From the NCBI GenBank assembly GCA_000165345.1, contig CM000429.1, positions 480,001 through 544,000 of the forward strand: 64,000 nucleotides of DNA, written 5' to 3'. The notes below the pieces were generated by a model. The model searched no databases. It was not told the origin of the DNA and was given only the letters and a program-made list of their open reading frames with translations. Positions 63,294 to 64,000 of this stretch are shown here, piece by piece; the first letter of the stretch is position 1, and every line of letters begins with the position of its first letter. Both the position numbers and the translations under genes were made by a program.

Positions 63294-63866
63294 ATGTCTA
63301 ATAAAAGTTCAGAAAGAAAGACTTTTGGAGGATACTATAATTCTCATAATAATAGAAGGAAAAAAAGAGATTTAGTAGTCAGTAATTGCTCAAATACAAA
63401 CGGATCAAGTTCCACTGCATACAATAAATACTATAATAAGGCCAACAGGGATGATCCAGGAGCTTTGATTTTAAAGCTGCTACATAGTGGACGAAACATT
63501 GAAACAGCATCTGTAGTTCCGCAATCCAACAGTTATATTAGACCGCAAAGCCGTACTAAGAATTGTGAAAGCGTGGAACCGAACTTCAAGATGCAGAGTG
63601 AAGAGCCAATAAATGTTAATTCAGAAAATCCAAATGCAACAAGTGTCAATTTGTTTGCAACTCCGCCTCCCAACAGAAAAGGAAGATATAGTGTCGTTTC
63701 GTCGTATGGAACTAACAATCCAAAGTTTGTTAACTACTCTAATAGCGGTGGAAACAAATCGCTACAATCCAGCTCGTCTAATCCAACAAATTTTGCTTTA
63801 CCTATGTATATGAGATCTCCTAATCCAGAAAGCATTCCAATGCCTTGTGGCTTTCCAATTGGATAA
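63294..63866 (+). CDS. Hypothetical S/N/P-rich protein
   Basis: ORF start moved from the track's TTG to the first ATG. No domain recognised. Confidence 0.3.
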   Translation: MSNKSSERKTFGGYYNSHNNRRKKRDLVVSNCSNTNGSSSTAYNKYYNKANRDDPGALILKLLHSGRNIETASVVPQSNSYIRPQSRTKNCESVEPNFKMQSEEPINVNSENPNATSVNLFATPPPNRKGRYSVVSSYGTNNPKFVNYSNSGGNKSLQSSSSNPTNFALPMYMRSPNPESIPMPCGFPIG

Positions 63867-64000
63867 ATGAAAGTAACTTTCTATGGTGGGTAGGTGATGA
63901 ACTAAATTTTACTATAATAGTTATAGTATTACAACCATTTTGATTTAGGTCCTAACGCTATTAAAATAATTTTTCATACTTTTTCAAGAAAAAATCCTGA

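Noticed and set aside
1-64000. Prokaryotic/phage interpretation (operons, TTG/GTG starts, possible defence system)
   Set aside because: The encoded proteins are eukaryotic housekeeping factors (Sm, Rpb8, RPS26e, PP4C, Rad50 with spliceosomal introns, cyclin, Elp3). There are no Shine-Dalgarno signals, and there are GT-AG introns. The TTG/GTG starts come from the ORF caller.
1-64000. Alternative genetic code (ciliate-type TAA/TAG = Gln)
   Set aside because: Conserved proteins terminate at TAA or TAG exactly where orthologues end (e.g. the PP4C ...DYFI stop, the RPS26 stop). The standard code fits.

Overview
This window reads as a gene-dense nuclear chromosomal segment of an AT-rich unicellular eukaryote, not a prokaryotic or mobile-element locus. 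Genes sit on both strands about every 1.5-2 kb. Most are single-exon, but a minority carry very short introns of roughly 43-120 bp with GTAAGT-like donors, a short pyrimidine run and AG acceptors. The standard genetic code applies; long ORFs end at TAA, TAG or TGA. Many of the 'M' starts in the supplied ORF track are actually TTG or GTG, which is a bacterial-style artefact of the ORF caller, so I moved those starts to the first in-frame ATG. The gene set points to an apicomplexan, most plausibly something Cryptosporidium-like, on three grounds: an Elp3 with a C-terminal transmembrane tail anchor, a POFUT2 O-fucosyltransferase, and the roughly 30% GC composition with sparse tiny introns. I judged composition by eye only and ran no database search. 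Recognisable genes include glutaminyl-tRNA synthetase, the PP4 catalytic subunit, Rad50 (4 exons), Rad1 (2 exons), Sua5/YrdC, Elp3, POFUT2, CIA1, SmD3, Rpb8, RPS26, a DnaJ protein, an AAA ATPase, a SET-domain protein, a cyclin, a La/RRM protein (3 exons), an actin-related protein (3 exons), a mitochondrial carrier, an F-box/WD protein, an aspartyl protease and a PI31-like protein. I found no tRNA, rRNA, transposon or CRISPR array. All intron coordinates are hand-counted from the printed sequence and may be off by 1-2 nt.
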